A stretch of DNA of 38,960 nt, taken from positions 1 to 38,960 of the forward strand of contig CAYTRM010000002.1 of the NCBI GenBank assembly GCA_964440225.1. Direction: 5' to 3'. Below the pieces are notes generated by a model, which did not search any database, was not told the origin of the DNA, and worked only from the letters and a program-made list of their open reading frames with translations. This document shows positions 8,901 to 17,422 of this stretch, piece after piece. The DNA comes from an uncultured Thermoleophilia bacterium (GTDB taxonomy: Bacteria; Actinomycetota; Thermoleophilia; UBA2241). A program made the translations under genes and the position numbers. Each line of letters starts with the position of its first letter. Position 1 is the first letter of the stretch.

Positions 8901-9980
8901 ATGATCGGCAGGGTTTCGTTCACAGCGGCGCGCGCGCTGCTCGCGCTCGTCCTCGGCACGGTCGCAGCGGCCGGGGCGGTGGCGGGCCTGGCGCCTGCCG
9001 AAACGGCGGAGGCGGCGGCGCCGAGGCCCTTCCCCATCTGCATCGTCATGGGCGGGCAGGCGGGCCCCGAGATCGCCGGCAGCACGGTCGTCTGGACGGA
9101 CAACCGCAACGGCAACCTCGACATCTACGGTCGCAACCTGAGCACGGGAGCGACCTTCGCGGTCTGCCGGAACGCTGCCCAGCAGGACAACCCGTCCGTC
9201 ACTCGCTACGTGACGGCGAGCGGCAAGGTCCGCTACCTCGCCGTGTGGGTCGACCGGCGCGATCACAAGAACGACGGCGCCGGCGACATCTACGGTCGCG
9301 ACATCACCCGCAAACGCACCTTCGTCGTGTCGCGCAGCGCCAGCGTCAAGTGGTTCCCGGAGATCGTCGACCGCTGGGCGCTCTGGATCGAGGCCGACGA
9401 CTCCGCCGGCCCATACCGCATTAAGGCCCGTGACCTGGACGCCGGCAAGAGCTACCTCCTCGCCACCAGCACGATCCTCAGCCCTGTCGGCCTCGACCGC
9501 CGGACCGTCGCCGGCAAGCGCGTGTACACCGCGGTGTACGCGTCCGGCAAGGGAGACATCAGCGGCCGCGACCTCCCCGACGGCGACCCGTTCAGCGTCT
9601 CGCAGACGTCGAAGTTCGAGTGGATGCCCGACATCAGCGGCAACCGCGTCGTCTGGTGGGAGTCCGGGGGCCGCATCATGCTCAGGAACCTGAAGACCGG
9701 CAAGAGGACCTTCGTGCACGCCGGCTCGCGGCCGCGCATCGACGGCGAGCTCGTCGTGTGGGACGGTGGCGGCCGCGGCGGCTCCTACTCCATCACCTAC
9801 GCGAAGGGGGCGCGGATCTACGTGCGCAACGTCGCGCGGAGCAGCGCCGTGACGGCGATCGCGCAGAGGAACCTCACCTGCCTGTTCCCGGCGGTGAGCG
9901 GACGGCGCGTGGTCTGGGAGTCCGGGCCGACCGCCCGGGTCCTCGGTCACATCCACGTTTACGGCGCGCGCCTCCGCTGA
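8901..9980 (+). CDS. Secreted beta-propeller repeat protein (about seven VVW...DIYGRDL-type repeats)
   Basis: Signal peptide MIGRVSFTAARALLALVLGTVAAAGAVAGLAPAETAEA. Repeats include GSTVVWTDNRNGNLDIYGRNL, YLAVWVDRRDHKNDGAGDIYGRDI, GNRVVWWESGGRIMLRNL, GELVVWDGGG and GRRVVWESGP. Confidence 0.75.
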   Translation: MIGRVSFTAARALLALVLGTVAAAGAVAGLAPAETAEAAAPRPFPICIVMGGQAGPEIAGSTVVWTDNRNGNLDIYGRNLSTGATFAVCRNAAQQDNPSVTRYVTASGKVRYLAVWVDRRDHKNDGAGDIYGRDITRKRTFVVSRSASVKWFPEIVDRWALWIEADDSAGPYRIKARDLDAGKSYLLATSTILSPVGLDRRTVAGKRVYTAVYASGKGDISGRDLPDGDPFSVSQTSKFEWMPDISGNRVVWWESGGRIMLRNLKTGKRTFVHAGSRPRIDGELVVWDGGGRGGSYSITYAKGARIYVRNVARSSAVTAIAQRNLTCLFPAVSGRRVVWESGPTARVLGHIHVYGARLR

Positions 9981-10037
9981 CGAGCGTTCGTCCGCCGCGA
10001 CGGACGTGACGGCATCCCCGCCGCGCTCCTCGTGCGC

Positions 10038-12995
10038 TCAGGAGACGAACTCGAACCCCTGACCCTCCACGACCTCGATACACGCCGCGGCGACCTCGCC
10101 GTCGTAGCGCGACCCAGCGCCCTCGCGGACTTCTTCGAGCGCGGCATGCATGCCCATCGCCGGCCGGTAAGGCCGGTGTGACGACATCGCCTCGACCACG
10201 TCGGCCACGCTCAGGATCCGCGCCTCCTGGAGGAACTCCTCACCCGAGAGGCCCCGTGGGTATCCCGAACCGTCGAGCCGCTCGTGATGCTGCAGCACGA
10301 TCTCGGCGACAGGTCGCCCGAAGTCGATCGGGGCGAGGATGTCGTACCCCGCCTGCACGTGCTGCTTGATCAGGTTGAACTCGACCTCGCTGAGGCGGCC
10401 CGGCTTCGCCAGGATCTCCGCCGGCACCGAGATCTTGCCGATGTCGTGGATGAGCGCCGCGAGACGCAGCCCCTCGAGCGCGTCGGCGCCCAGACCCATC
10501 TCGCGTCCGATCGCCGTGGCCAGCTCCGAGACCCGCCGCTCGTGCCCGGCGGTGTAGGGGTCGCGGGTCTCGACCACCTGGCTCATCGCGAGAACCGCAC
10601 CTTCGAGGGTGCGCCGCAACTGCTCCGCACTGCGGCGCACCTCTTCCTCGGCCTCGACCTGATCGGTGACGTCGAGCGAGAGGCCGCCGATCAGCGGGGC
10701 GGCGTTCCCGCGCGGGATGGGAAAGTAGATACTGTGCAGGTACTCCTGACGGCCGGACCTCGACCACGGCTGCACCACGTCGACGACCTCTCCGTCACGC
10801 GCGCGCCGAAGCCGCTCGTCCCCGACCGCGATCTCGTCGCCCTCCCAAAGGTCGGACGGCGCGCGGCCGAGCCACTCCCCGCGACGCAGGTCGCCGTCCT
10901 GCTCTTCGCGCCGGTTCACAAACACGTACCGCAGGTCTGCGTCGTGCATGAAGAAGTAGCCCGGGAAGTGCTCGGCGAACTGCTCGAACCGCTCCTCGCT
11001 CTCGCGTAGCGCGGCCTCCGCCTGCACCTGTTCGGTGACGTCCAGAGTCAGGCCACCGACAAGGGGAGGCCCGCCCTCGCAGGGTATCGGGAAGTGCAAG
11101 GCGTGGAAGTGCCGCTCCTCGGCGCCGTGCTTCCAGGTGACGACTTCGTCGACCACGTCGCCGGCGAGCGCACGCCCCGCGACCGCGTCGATGTGCCCCG
11201 CGTCCTCGGCCGACCACAGCTCACCCGGCCGCTTGCCCTGCCACAGATCATCCGACGCCTCGAGGTCGTCGCGATCGAACAGCCTGCTCAGGTAGAGATA
11301 CCGGTGCTCGGCGTCCTTGATGGAGACGAATCCCGGTATGCGCTCGGCGAAGCGCTTGAAGCGCTCCTCGCTCTCGCGCAGCGCGCTCTCCGCCTGCTTC
11401 GCCTGGGTGATGTCGTCCAAGGCCACGGTGATGTGTGGAGCGCCGCTCAGGGCAAGCGGTTCGGCGCCCATGCGCAGCCACACAGTCTCGTCTTCGCCGT
11501 CACGCCTGAGTTGCAGCGCCAGTTCCACACCGCGCAACGAGGTCCCACCGCAGAGCACGGCCTCTATCCCGTTGCGCAGCGGACAGAGGGGACAGTCGGG
11601 CGTGTCGCCACACCCGCGAGGGTCATCACCGCAGTGGGCGCAGCCCAGAGCCTCGCCGCACTGTACCGTGCTGCCGGGCTCGTGATCGAGCAGGTCGCCC
11701 ACGTCGCCCCGCGCAAGGGCAAGCGCCGCCCGGTTCACGCGCACGACGTTGAGGCGCTCATCGAAGACGAGCATCGCCACCGGTGAGGCCTCGAAGATCG
11801 CCGCCAGATTCGCGCGCTCCGCCCTGAGGGCATCATCGGCCCTCTTGCGCTCGGTGATGTCGGAGCACACCGTGAAGGCCCCCGCGTACGTGCCCGAGGC
11901 GTCGGAATCGGCCACCGAGTTCACGGCCAGCCAGACAGGGCTGCCGTCCCTGGCCCGGAAGCGAGCGTCGTAACGACCCGGCTCCAACCGCATCCGCGCC
12001 TGCCGCCGCGCCTCAAGAAGCGCGGCGTCGTCGTCGTAGGTGAAGTCGCGGTCCGGACGACCCAGCATCTCCTCCACCTCGTAGCCGAGCATGTGCGCCA
12101 TCTGCGGATTGGCGAACACCACCCGGTTGGCGGCGTCGAACACCCAGATGCCTTCGGCGGCCATGTCGACGATGCGCCGGTAGAGGGCGTCGCTCTCCCG
12201 GGCCCGCTCCTCGGCGACGACGTGGCCCGTGACGTCGCGTCCGTAGGCGATGACGGCGGCGGCGCCCTCGAGGTAGTTCATGGTGACGTCCATCACCAGA
12301 CGCTCCCCGCTCCTGCGCGCGCGGTCGATCCGGACTTCACGGACCCCGTCGGCCAAGACGTGGGCCCAGCCCCTCGACCACTCCTCGGACGTGACCCAAC
12401 CGACGACCTCCCACAGCTTCGATCCGATGACCACCTCTCGCTCCGCCTCGGCGACCCGGCAGGCGGCACCGTTGACATAGACGATGGTGCCGTCCTCGGC
12501 GATCGTGAGGATGGCCTGCGAGGCGTGGTCGACGGCGAAGAGGGCGAGACGCGCAGCCTCCGCGGAGTGGCGATGAGCCCGCCGCAGCACCGCGGCGTCG
12601 ATGGCGCGCCGCACCGCGGGAGCCAGGCGCGTGAGGTTGTCCTTGAGCACGTACTCCACGGCGCCCGCGGACATGGTCGCCACGGCGGTGTCCTCGTCGA
12701 TGCTCCCCGATACCGTGATCGCCGGCAGGTCGGGCGACAGCTCGGCGATCAGACGGAGCGCCTCGAGACCGCTGAAGCCGGGGATGTTGTAGTCGACGAG
12801 GGCGATCTCCCAGGCCTCGTCCGCGAGCGCCGCGCGCAGCGCGTCCTCCGTCTGCACTCTGTCCCACTGCGGCTCGAGGCCGGCCTCTCGCAAGCGGCGG
12901 AGCTGGAGCTCGACGTCGTCCTGGCTGTCTTCGACGAACAGTACGCGCACACCCACGGAGGCCCCTTTCGGCAGCACCGGTCCTGGGCGCAGCAT
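10038..12995 (-). CDS. Response-regulator receiver + multiple PAS domains + HD-GYP domain protein (putative c-di-GMP phosphodiesterase)
   Basis: N-terminal REC domain (VRVLFVEDSQDD...VDYNIPGFSGLE). Repeated PAS/S-box units are separated by ...ALRESEERF... linkers. C-terminal HD-GYP domain ([23 protein letters not shown]). The start is taken at ATG 12995; a GTG about 50 nt downstream is also possible. The longer ORF to 13811 would overlap the aldo/keto reductase gene. Confidence 0.85.
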   Translation of the reverse strand: MLRPGPVLPKGASVGVRVLFVEDSQDDVELQLRRLREAGLEPQWDRVQTEDALRAALADEAWEIALVDYNIPGFSGLEALRLIAELSPDLPAITVSGSIDEDTAVATMSAGAVEYVLKDNLTRLAPAVRRAIDAAVLRRAHRHSAEAARLALFAVDHASQAILTIAEDGTIVYVNGAACRVAEAEREVVIGSKLWEVVGWVTSEEWSRGWAHVLADGVREVRIDRARRSGERLVMDVTMNYLEGAAAVIAYGRDVTGHVVAEERARESDALYRRIVDMAAEGIWVFDAANRVVFANPQMAHMLGYEVEEMLGRPDRDFTYDDDAALLEARRQARMRLEPGRYDARFRARDGSPVWLAVNSVADSDASGTYAGAFTVCSDITERKRADDALRAERANLAAIFEASPVAMLVFDERLNVVRVNRAALALARGDVGDLLDHEPGSTVQCGEALGCAHCGDDPRGCGDTPDCPLCPLRNGIEAVLCGGTSLRGVELALQLRRDGEDETVWLRMGAEPLALSGAPHITVALDDITQAKQAESALRESEERFKRFAERIPGFVSIKDAEHRYLYLSRLFDRDDLEASDDLWQGKRPGELWSAEDAGHIDAVAGRALAGDVVDEVVTWKHGAEERHFHALHFPIPCEGGPPLVGGLTLDVTEQVQAEAALRESEERFEQFAEHFPGYFFMHDADLRYVFVNRREEQDGDLRRGEWLGRAPSDLWEGDEIAVGDERLRRARDGEVVDVVQPWSRSGRQEYLHSIYFPIPRGNAAPLIGGLSLDVTDQVEAEEEVRRSAEQLRRTLEGAVLAMSQVVETRDPYTAGHERRVSELATAIGREMGLGADALEGLRLAALIHDIGKISVPAEILAKPGRLSEVEFNLIKQHVQAGYDILAPIDFGRPVAEIVLQHHERLDGSGYPRGLSGEEFLQEARILSVADVVEAMSSHRPYRPAMGMHAALEEVREGAGSRYDGEVAAACIEVVEGQGFEFVS

Positions 12996-13042
12996 ACCGT
13001 CCGAGTCCACCCTCGTCGACGACGAGCCGCCGCCGTGCGCCG

Positions 13043-14206
13043 TCAGTCGGGCGGAGCCACGCCGAGCAGAGCTTGAGCCTTCTCCATCCAGCCGGCGACG
13101 GCGATACCCTGTGGGCAGGCGCTCTCGCACTCCCCGCAAGCGGTGCAGGAGTCGGCGCGCGCGCCCTCGTCGATCCAGCTGTAGTAGACCCGCTGGCGAG
13201 GCAGGTCGCCGAACATGTGGGCGTCGTTGTAGAGCCGGAGGACCTCGGGGATGTCGACGCCCTGCGGGCAGGGCATGCAGTAGCGACAAGCCGTGCATGG
13301 TATGGGACTGAGCTCGCGATAGACGTCGCGCACGCGCGCGACCAGCTCGAGCTCCTCGGTGGTGAGCAGCCCCGGACGGGAGCGCCCGGCGGCGACGAGA
13401 TTCTCCTCGACCTGCTCCATGGTGGTCATGCCGCTGAGGACGAAGGAGACCTCGGGCACGCTCCAGACCCACTGCAGCGCCCACTCGGCGGGGGACCGCC
13501 CGACGGCCGCCCCCTCCCACAGCTCCTCGACCCGCGGCGGCAGGTTGCGCGCCAGCATGCCGCCGCGTATCGGCTCCATGACGATGACCCCGAGGCCGCG
13601 GCCGGCCGCCAGGTCGAGGCCGCGGCGCCCCGCCTGCTCCTCCTCGTCCATGTAGTTGAACTGGAGCTGGCAGAACTCCCAGAGGTCGGTGGCGGCGAGC
13701 ACCTCCTCGAAGAGGTCGTAGGTGCCGTGGAAGCTGAAGCCGAGGTGCGCGATCCTGCCGTCGGCGAGCGCCCTCTCCGCCGAGGCGAGCTGGCCCTGCT
13801 CCAGTACGCACTTCCAGTGCGCGTCGTCGAGGCTGTGGAGCAGGTAGAAGTCGATGGCGTCCTCGCCCAGGCGCTCGAGTTGCGTCTCGAGGATGCGGTC
13901 GAAGTCGCCGGGCTCCTTGACGTCCCAGACGGGCATCTTGGTGGCGATCTTGACGCGCTCGCGATAGCCGCCCTTGAGCGCTTCGCGAAGCCAGCCCTCG
14001 CTGTGCTCCTCGTGGTACACCCAGGCCGTGTCGACGTAGTTGACGCCGCCGTCGATCGCCCGGTGGAGCATCGCCGTGGCCTCGTCCGTGTCGATGCGCG
14101 CGAAGTCCGGCTTGCCGTCGTCGCCGGCGAGTACGGGCAGCCGCATGGCGCCGAAACCCAGCGCCGAGGGCTTGAACTCGAGCTGTCCGAAGGTGCGGTA
14201 CTCCAT
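13043..14206 (-). CDS. Aldo/keto reductase with C-terminal 4Fe-4S ferredoxin-type Cys motifs
   Basis: From the internal ATG (cat 14204-14206): MEYRTFGQLEFKPSALGFGAMRLP...GVNYVDTAWVYH (AKR signature). C-terminal CTACRYCMPCPQGVDIP and CTACGECESACPQGI motifs. Confidence 0.85.
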   Translation of the reverse strand: MEYRTFGQLEFKPSALGFGAMRLPVLAGDDGKPDFARIDTDEATAMLHRAIDGGVNYVDTAWVYHEEHSEGWLREALKGGYRERVKIATKMPVWDVKEPGDFDRILETQLERLGEDAIDFYLLHSLDDAHWKCVLEQGQLASAERALADGRIAHLGFSFHGTYDLFEEVLAATDLWEFCQLQFNYMDEEEQAGRRGLDLAAGRGLGVIVMEPIRGGMLARNLPPRVEELWEGAAVGRSPAEWALQWVWSVPEVSFVLSGMTTMEQVEENLVAAGRSRPGLLTTEELELVARVRDVYRELSPIPCTACRYCMPCPQGVDIPEVLRLYNDAHMFGDLPRQRVYYSWIDEGARADSCTACGECESACPQGIAVAGWMEKAQALLGVAPPD

Positions 14207-14290
14207 GACGGCATCGTATCGCCCCGGCGCGCGGGGCGCGAGCGCGCCGGCCGCGATAGACTCTGCGCCAGTCGTCCGAGGAGCCGCCCC

Positions 14291-15214
14291 ATGCCGCACA
14301 TCACCCAGCATCCCGAGATCCTCATCCAGGCACGTCGAGGCGCGACGGTCGAGAGCCTTCACCGCGCCGTCGCCGCGCTCGCGGGCCCCGACGGCGAGAT
14401 CGTCGAGCGCTGGGGCGACCCGGACATGGTCACGTTCTGGCGCTCGTCGGCGAAGCCTCTGCAGGCGCAGGCGTGGCTCGCCGACGGCACCGTGAGCCAC
14501 TTCGGATGGGGCGCCGAGGAGCTTGCCATCATGAGCGCGTCACACGAGGGGCTGGACTTCCAGGCGGACCTTGTACGGCGCATGTTGACCGACCTCGGCC
14601 TCGCCGAGCAGGACCTGCGCTGCGACGCCACGCTCAAGGCGCGCCACAACTGCTCGGGCAACCACACCGGGTTCCTCGCCGCCTGCGTCCACCACGGCTG
14701 GGACATCCCCACCTATCAGCGGCCGGATCACCCGGCGCAGCAAGCCGCGCTCGAGGCGTTCGCGGCGCTCACGGGCACGGACCCGAGGGGGCTCGCCACG
14801 GGCGTCGACGGCTGCGGCATCGTCTGCTACGCCACCTCCGTGACCGTCGCCGCGGCCACCTTCGCCCTGCTCCCGGAGCTCCTGCCCGAGATCGGCGCCG
14901 CCATGCGCGCCCACCCGGAACTCGTGGAGGGCCCCGGATTCATCGACACCGAGGTCATGCGCGCCGTACCCGGCGCCACCAGCAAGTGCGGCGCCGAGGG
15001 CCTCAGCTGCTTCTCGCTGCCGGATGGGCGCGGCCTCGCCGTCAAGGTGGTCGACGGCGCCGACCGCGCCCACGAGCCGGCCGGCCTCGCGGCGCTCGAG
15101 GCCGTGCTCGGGCCGGACGCCATGAGCGACGAGTTGCGCCGGCTCGCCCGCCCGCCCATCACGAACGACGCCGGCGACGTCGTCGGCGAGCTGCTCGCCG
15201 TCGCTCCCGGCTGA
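14291..15214 (+). CDS. Asparaginase II family protein
   Basis: The ATG at 14291 gives MPHITQHPEILIQARRGATVESLHRA...FWRSSAKPLQAQAW...SASHEG...GVDGCGI, characteristic of the L-asparaginase II (PF06089-type) family. Confidence 0.8.
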   Translation: MPHITQHPEILIQARRGATVESLHRAVAALAGPDGEIVERWGDPDMVTFWRSSAKPLQAQAWLADGTVSHFGWGAEELAIMSASHEGLDFQADLVRRMLTDLGLAEQDLRCDATLKARHNCSGNHTGFLAACVHHGWDIPTYQRPDHPAQQAALEAFAALTGTDPRGLATGVDGCGIVCYATSVTVAAATFALLPELLPEIGAAMRAHPELVEGPGFIDTEVMRAVPGATSKCGAEGLSCFSLPDGRGLAVKVVDGADRAHEPAGLAALEAVLGPDAMSDELRRLARPPITNDAGDVVGELLAVAPG

Positions 15215-15312
15215 CGCCTCCGGCTGCACCAGGGACACACCGACGCCTCCGGCCGGCGCCCACGTCTCCGTGTCCCCACGCCGGGCGAGCCGTCAAACGA
15301 CCGCGAACGCAC

Positions 15313-15348
15313 GAGGGGACGGGGCGCCCGCGGGCGCCCCGTCCCCTC
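15313..15348. terminator. Bidirectional terminator-like hairpin between convergent genes
   Basis: Near-perfect palindrome GAGGGGACGGGGCGCC-CGCG-GGCGCCCCGTCCCCTC. It lies between the asparaginase stop (15214) and the SBP stop (15406). A second stem (GGCTGAGC...GCTCAGCC) follows at about 15357-15389. Confidence 0.6.
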
Positions 15349-15405
15349 GCCGCATCGGCTGAGCCCGCCGCAGCGGCCCCCGCTCAGCCCGCCTTGCGTC
15401 CGCGA

Positions 15406-17244
15406 TCAGCCTTCTTCGGCGCTCGGCTTGCGCCGCAGCAGAAGGAGGACGACGGCGGCGGCGATCACGGCGGCGACGACGATCACGATGATCAGCGTCG
15501 TATTCGAGCCGCCGGAGCTCTCCGTCTCGGCGACCTTGGGTCCGACGTTGTAGTAGTTGCTCACGTTGTCGCTGATGTACGCGACCGCCCCGGTACCCTG
15601 GGGGATGCGCTTCCAGCCCTCCCACCTGTCCGTGTTCCACGCCTGCAGCGTCTTCGGATACGTCAGGTTGATATACGGCGACTCCTCGTAGAACAGCTCC
15701 TGCATCCGGTGCGCGATCTCCTTGCGCTTCTGCGGGTCGAGCTCCTGCGACTGCTGTTGCCAGAGGTCGTCGTACTCCTCGCTGGACCAGCAGGCGTCGT
15801 TCTGGTTCTCGATCTGCTCGGTGCGGAAGTAGCCCAGGCGACGGCCCGGGTCGGAGCCGCTGGGCTGCCACTGCCAGATGTAGATGTCGTAGTCGGGCTT
15901 GTAGGTGTCGCCGGCGTAGTTGTAGCCGCCGTCGATGAGCGTGCCGTTGTCCTCGACGGAGTACTCGATGTCGAGGCCGAGATCCTCCCACCAGCCGGTG
16001 ATGAGCTTGCCCATCACCTGGCTCTGCGGCGACTCGACGCGCGACCAGAGCCGCAGCTCGATGTTCTTGCCGCCGTTCCGGGGGTCGTTGAGGACGCCGT
16101 CGCCGTCGGTGTCTTCGTACCCCGCGGCGGCGAGGAGCTCCCCGGCCTTTGCCGGATCGAACGTGTACTCGACGTCCGCGGGCGGCTGCCAGTGCCAGTC
16201 GAGCTCCGGGTCGTAGAAGTCGACCTCGAAGATCGAGGTCGCCGGGTCGGCGTACCCCTGGTAGGCGAGGTCGGCCATCTTCTGCTTGTCGATGCCCCAG
16301 TTGAGCGCCTGGCGGAACTTGACGTCCTTCAGCACCGGATTGCCCAGCGACGGGCCTTCGTAGCAGTTGAACGACAGGTAGTCGAAGGCCTTCTGCGAGC
16401 ACGCCTCGGCCTCGATCCCGGGCTCCTTCTGCAGCGCGGCGATCTGGGCCGGCGGGATGTTGATCGCCAGGTCGATGGTGCCCAGCTTGAGGTCCTGGGC
16501 CAGCGTGTCCTGATTCTTGTAGACTTGGAAGATGATCTCGTCGACCTTGGGCGTACCGCCCCAGTACTCCTTGTTGGCGACGCAGCGGATGAACTTGCCC
16601 TTCTGCCACTCGACGACCTGGAACGGCCCGGAGCCGACGATCGGCGGCCGGTTCAGGTATTTGTTGATCTGCTCGTAGCTCGTGAACTTGCCCCAAACGT
16701 GCTCGGGGATGATGGGCGCCCACATGGCGAGGACGTCGGCCTTGGGCCGCTCGCACTCGATGACCAGCGTGGTGTCGTCCGGAGCCGTGGCCTCCTTGAT
16801 GCCGTCGAGCGCCGAGAGAAACGCGCCGAGCTCGTACTCCTTCTGGAAGTTGTAGGTGAAGGCGATGTCGCTCGCCGTCAGCGGCTCGCCGTCCGACCAC
16901 TTGACGCCCTCACGGATCTTGAAGGTCCAGGTGAGGCCGTCTTCGCTCGTGGTCCAACTCTCGGCGAGCCCCGGCTCCGTCTGCAGGTACTCGTCGCCGT
17001 AGTTCGTGAGGAAGTCGTAGCTCACGTGGTAGAGCTCGTAGGACGACTGCTCGATGCCGACGAACGGGTTGAGGTTGTCGGGGTCGGTCGTCCAGCCGAC
17101 CTTGAGCGTGACCGGCCCGCTGCCGGGCGAGGCGCTCGGGTCGGAGGCGGCCGCCGCGGCGAGCCCCCAGACAAGACCGGCGGCGAGCACCGCCACGATG
17201 GAGAGCACGAGCAGTCTCGAGATCAAGTGTGAACGCGCAGCCAT
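15406..17244 (-). CDS. ABC-transporter family-5 (peptide/nickel type) solute-binding protein with an extra C-terminal membrane anchor
   Basis: N-terminal signal/anchor MAARSHLISRLLVLSIVAVLAAGLVWGLAAAAAS. Family-5 SBP body (VGWTTDPDNLNPFVG..., WSDGEPLTA.DI.FT). C-terminus ...ETESSGGSNTTLIIVIVVAAVIAAAVVLLLLRRKPSAEEG. Confidence 0.85.
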   Translation of the reverse strand: MAARSHLISRLLVLSIVAVLAAGLVWGLAAAAASDPSASPGSGPVTLKVGWTTDPDNLNPFVGIEQSSYELYHVSYDFLTNYGDEYLQTEPGLAESWTTSEDGLTWTFKIREGVKWSDGEPLTASDIAFTYNFQKEYELGAFLSALDGIKEATAPDDTTLVIECERPKADVLAMWAPIIPEHVWGKFTSYEQINKYLNRPPIVGSGPFQVVEWQKGKFIRCVANKEYWGGTPKVDEIIFQVYKNQDTLAQDLKLGTIDLAINIPPAQIAALQKEPGIEAEACSQKAFDYLSFNCYEGPSLGNPVLKDVKFRQALNWGIDKQKMADLAYQGYADPATSIFEVDFYDPELDWHWQPPADVEYTFDPAKAGELLAAAGYEDTDGDGVLNDPRNGGKNIELRLWSRVESPQSQVMGKLITGWWEDLGLDIEYSVEDNGTLIDGGYNYAGDTYKPDYDIYIWQWQPSGSDPGRRLGYFRTEQIENQNDACWSSEEYDDLWQQQSQELDPQKRKEIAHRMQELFYEESPYINLTYPKTLQAWNTDRWEGWKRIPQGTGAVAYISDNVSNYYNVGPKVAETESSGGSNTTLIIVIVVAAVIAAAVVLLLLRRKPSAEEG

Positions 17245-17299
17245 AGGACCTACCTTTCTGCGCAGGACCGGTGAGCCTACGGCCCGGTCCGGGAGAGTC

Positions 17300-17323
17300 G
17301 CGCGGCGCTCCCCGGCGCCGCGC
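17300..17323 (-). terminator. Possible terminator hairpin downstream of the 17423-19726 gene
   Basis: 9-bp GC stem GCGCGGCGC / GCGCCGCGC with a 6-nt loop, about 100 nt beyond the stop. There is no clear U-tract. Confidence 0.35.
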
Positions 17324-17422
17324 TGAAAGAGTAGCCAATCTTGCGGTCGCGGCGCAAGAGGCCGGCCAAGGCGGTCGATGCGATCCGCGCCTACGCCGAT
17401 GCCGGCCCCGTGCCCGCCGGCG

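Noticed and set aside
12996-13811. N-terminal 270-aa extension of the 1257-aa ORF 10038-13811
   Set aside because: The extension is Arg/Gly/Pro-rich and overlaps the aldo/keto reductase gene on the same strand in another frame. The receiver domain begins right after ATG 12995, so the shorter gene is preferred.
14473-17232. 919-aa plus-strand ORF, and the 535-aa minus-strand ORF at 15293-16900
   Set aside because: The translations are Arg/Pro/Gly/Ala/His-rich low-complexity strings with no motifs. They lie antisense or out of frame to a clearly recognisable family-5 solute-binding protein gene (15406-17244, minus). These are typical high-GC shadow ORFs.
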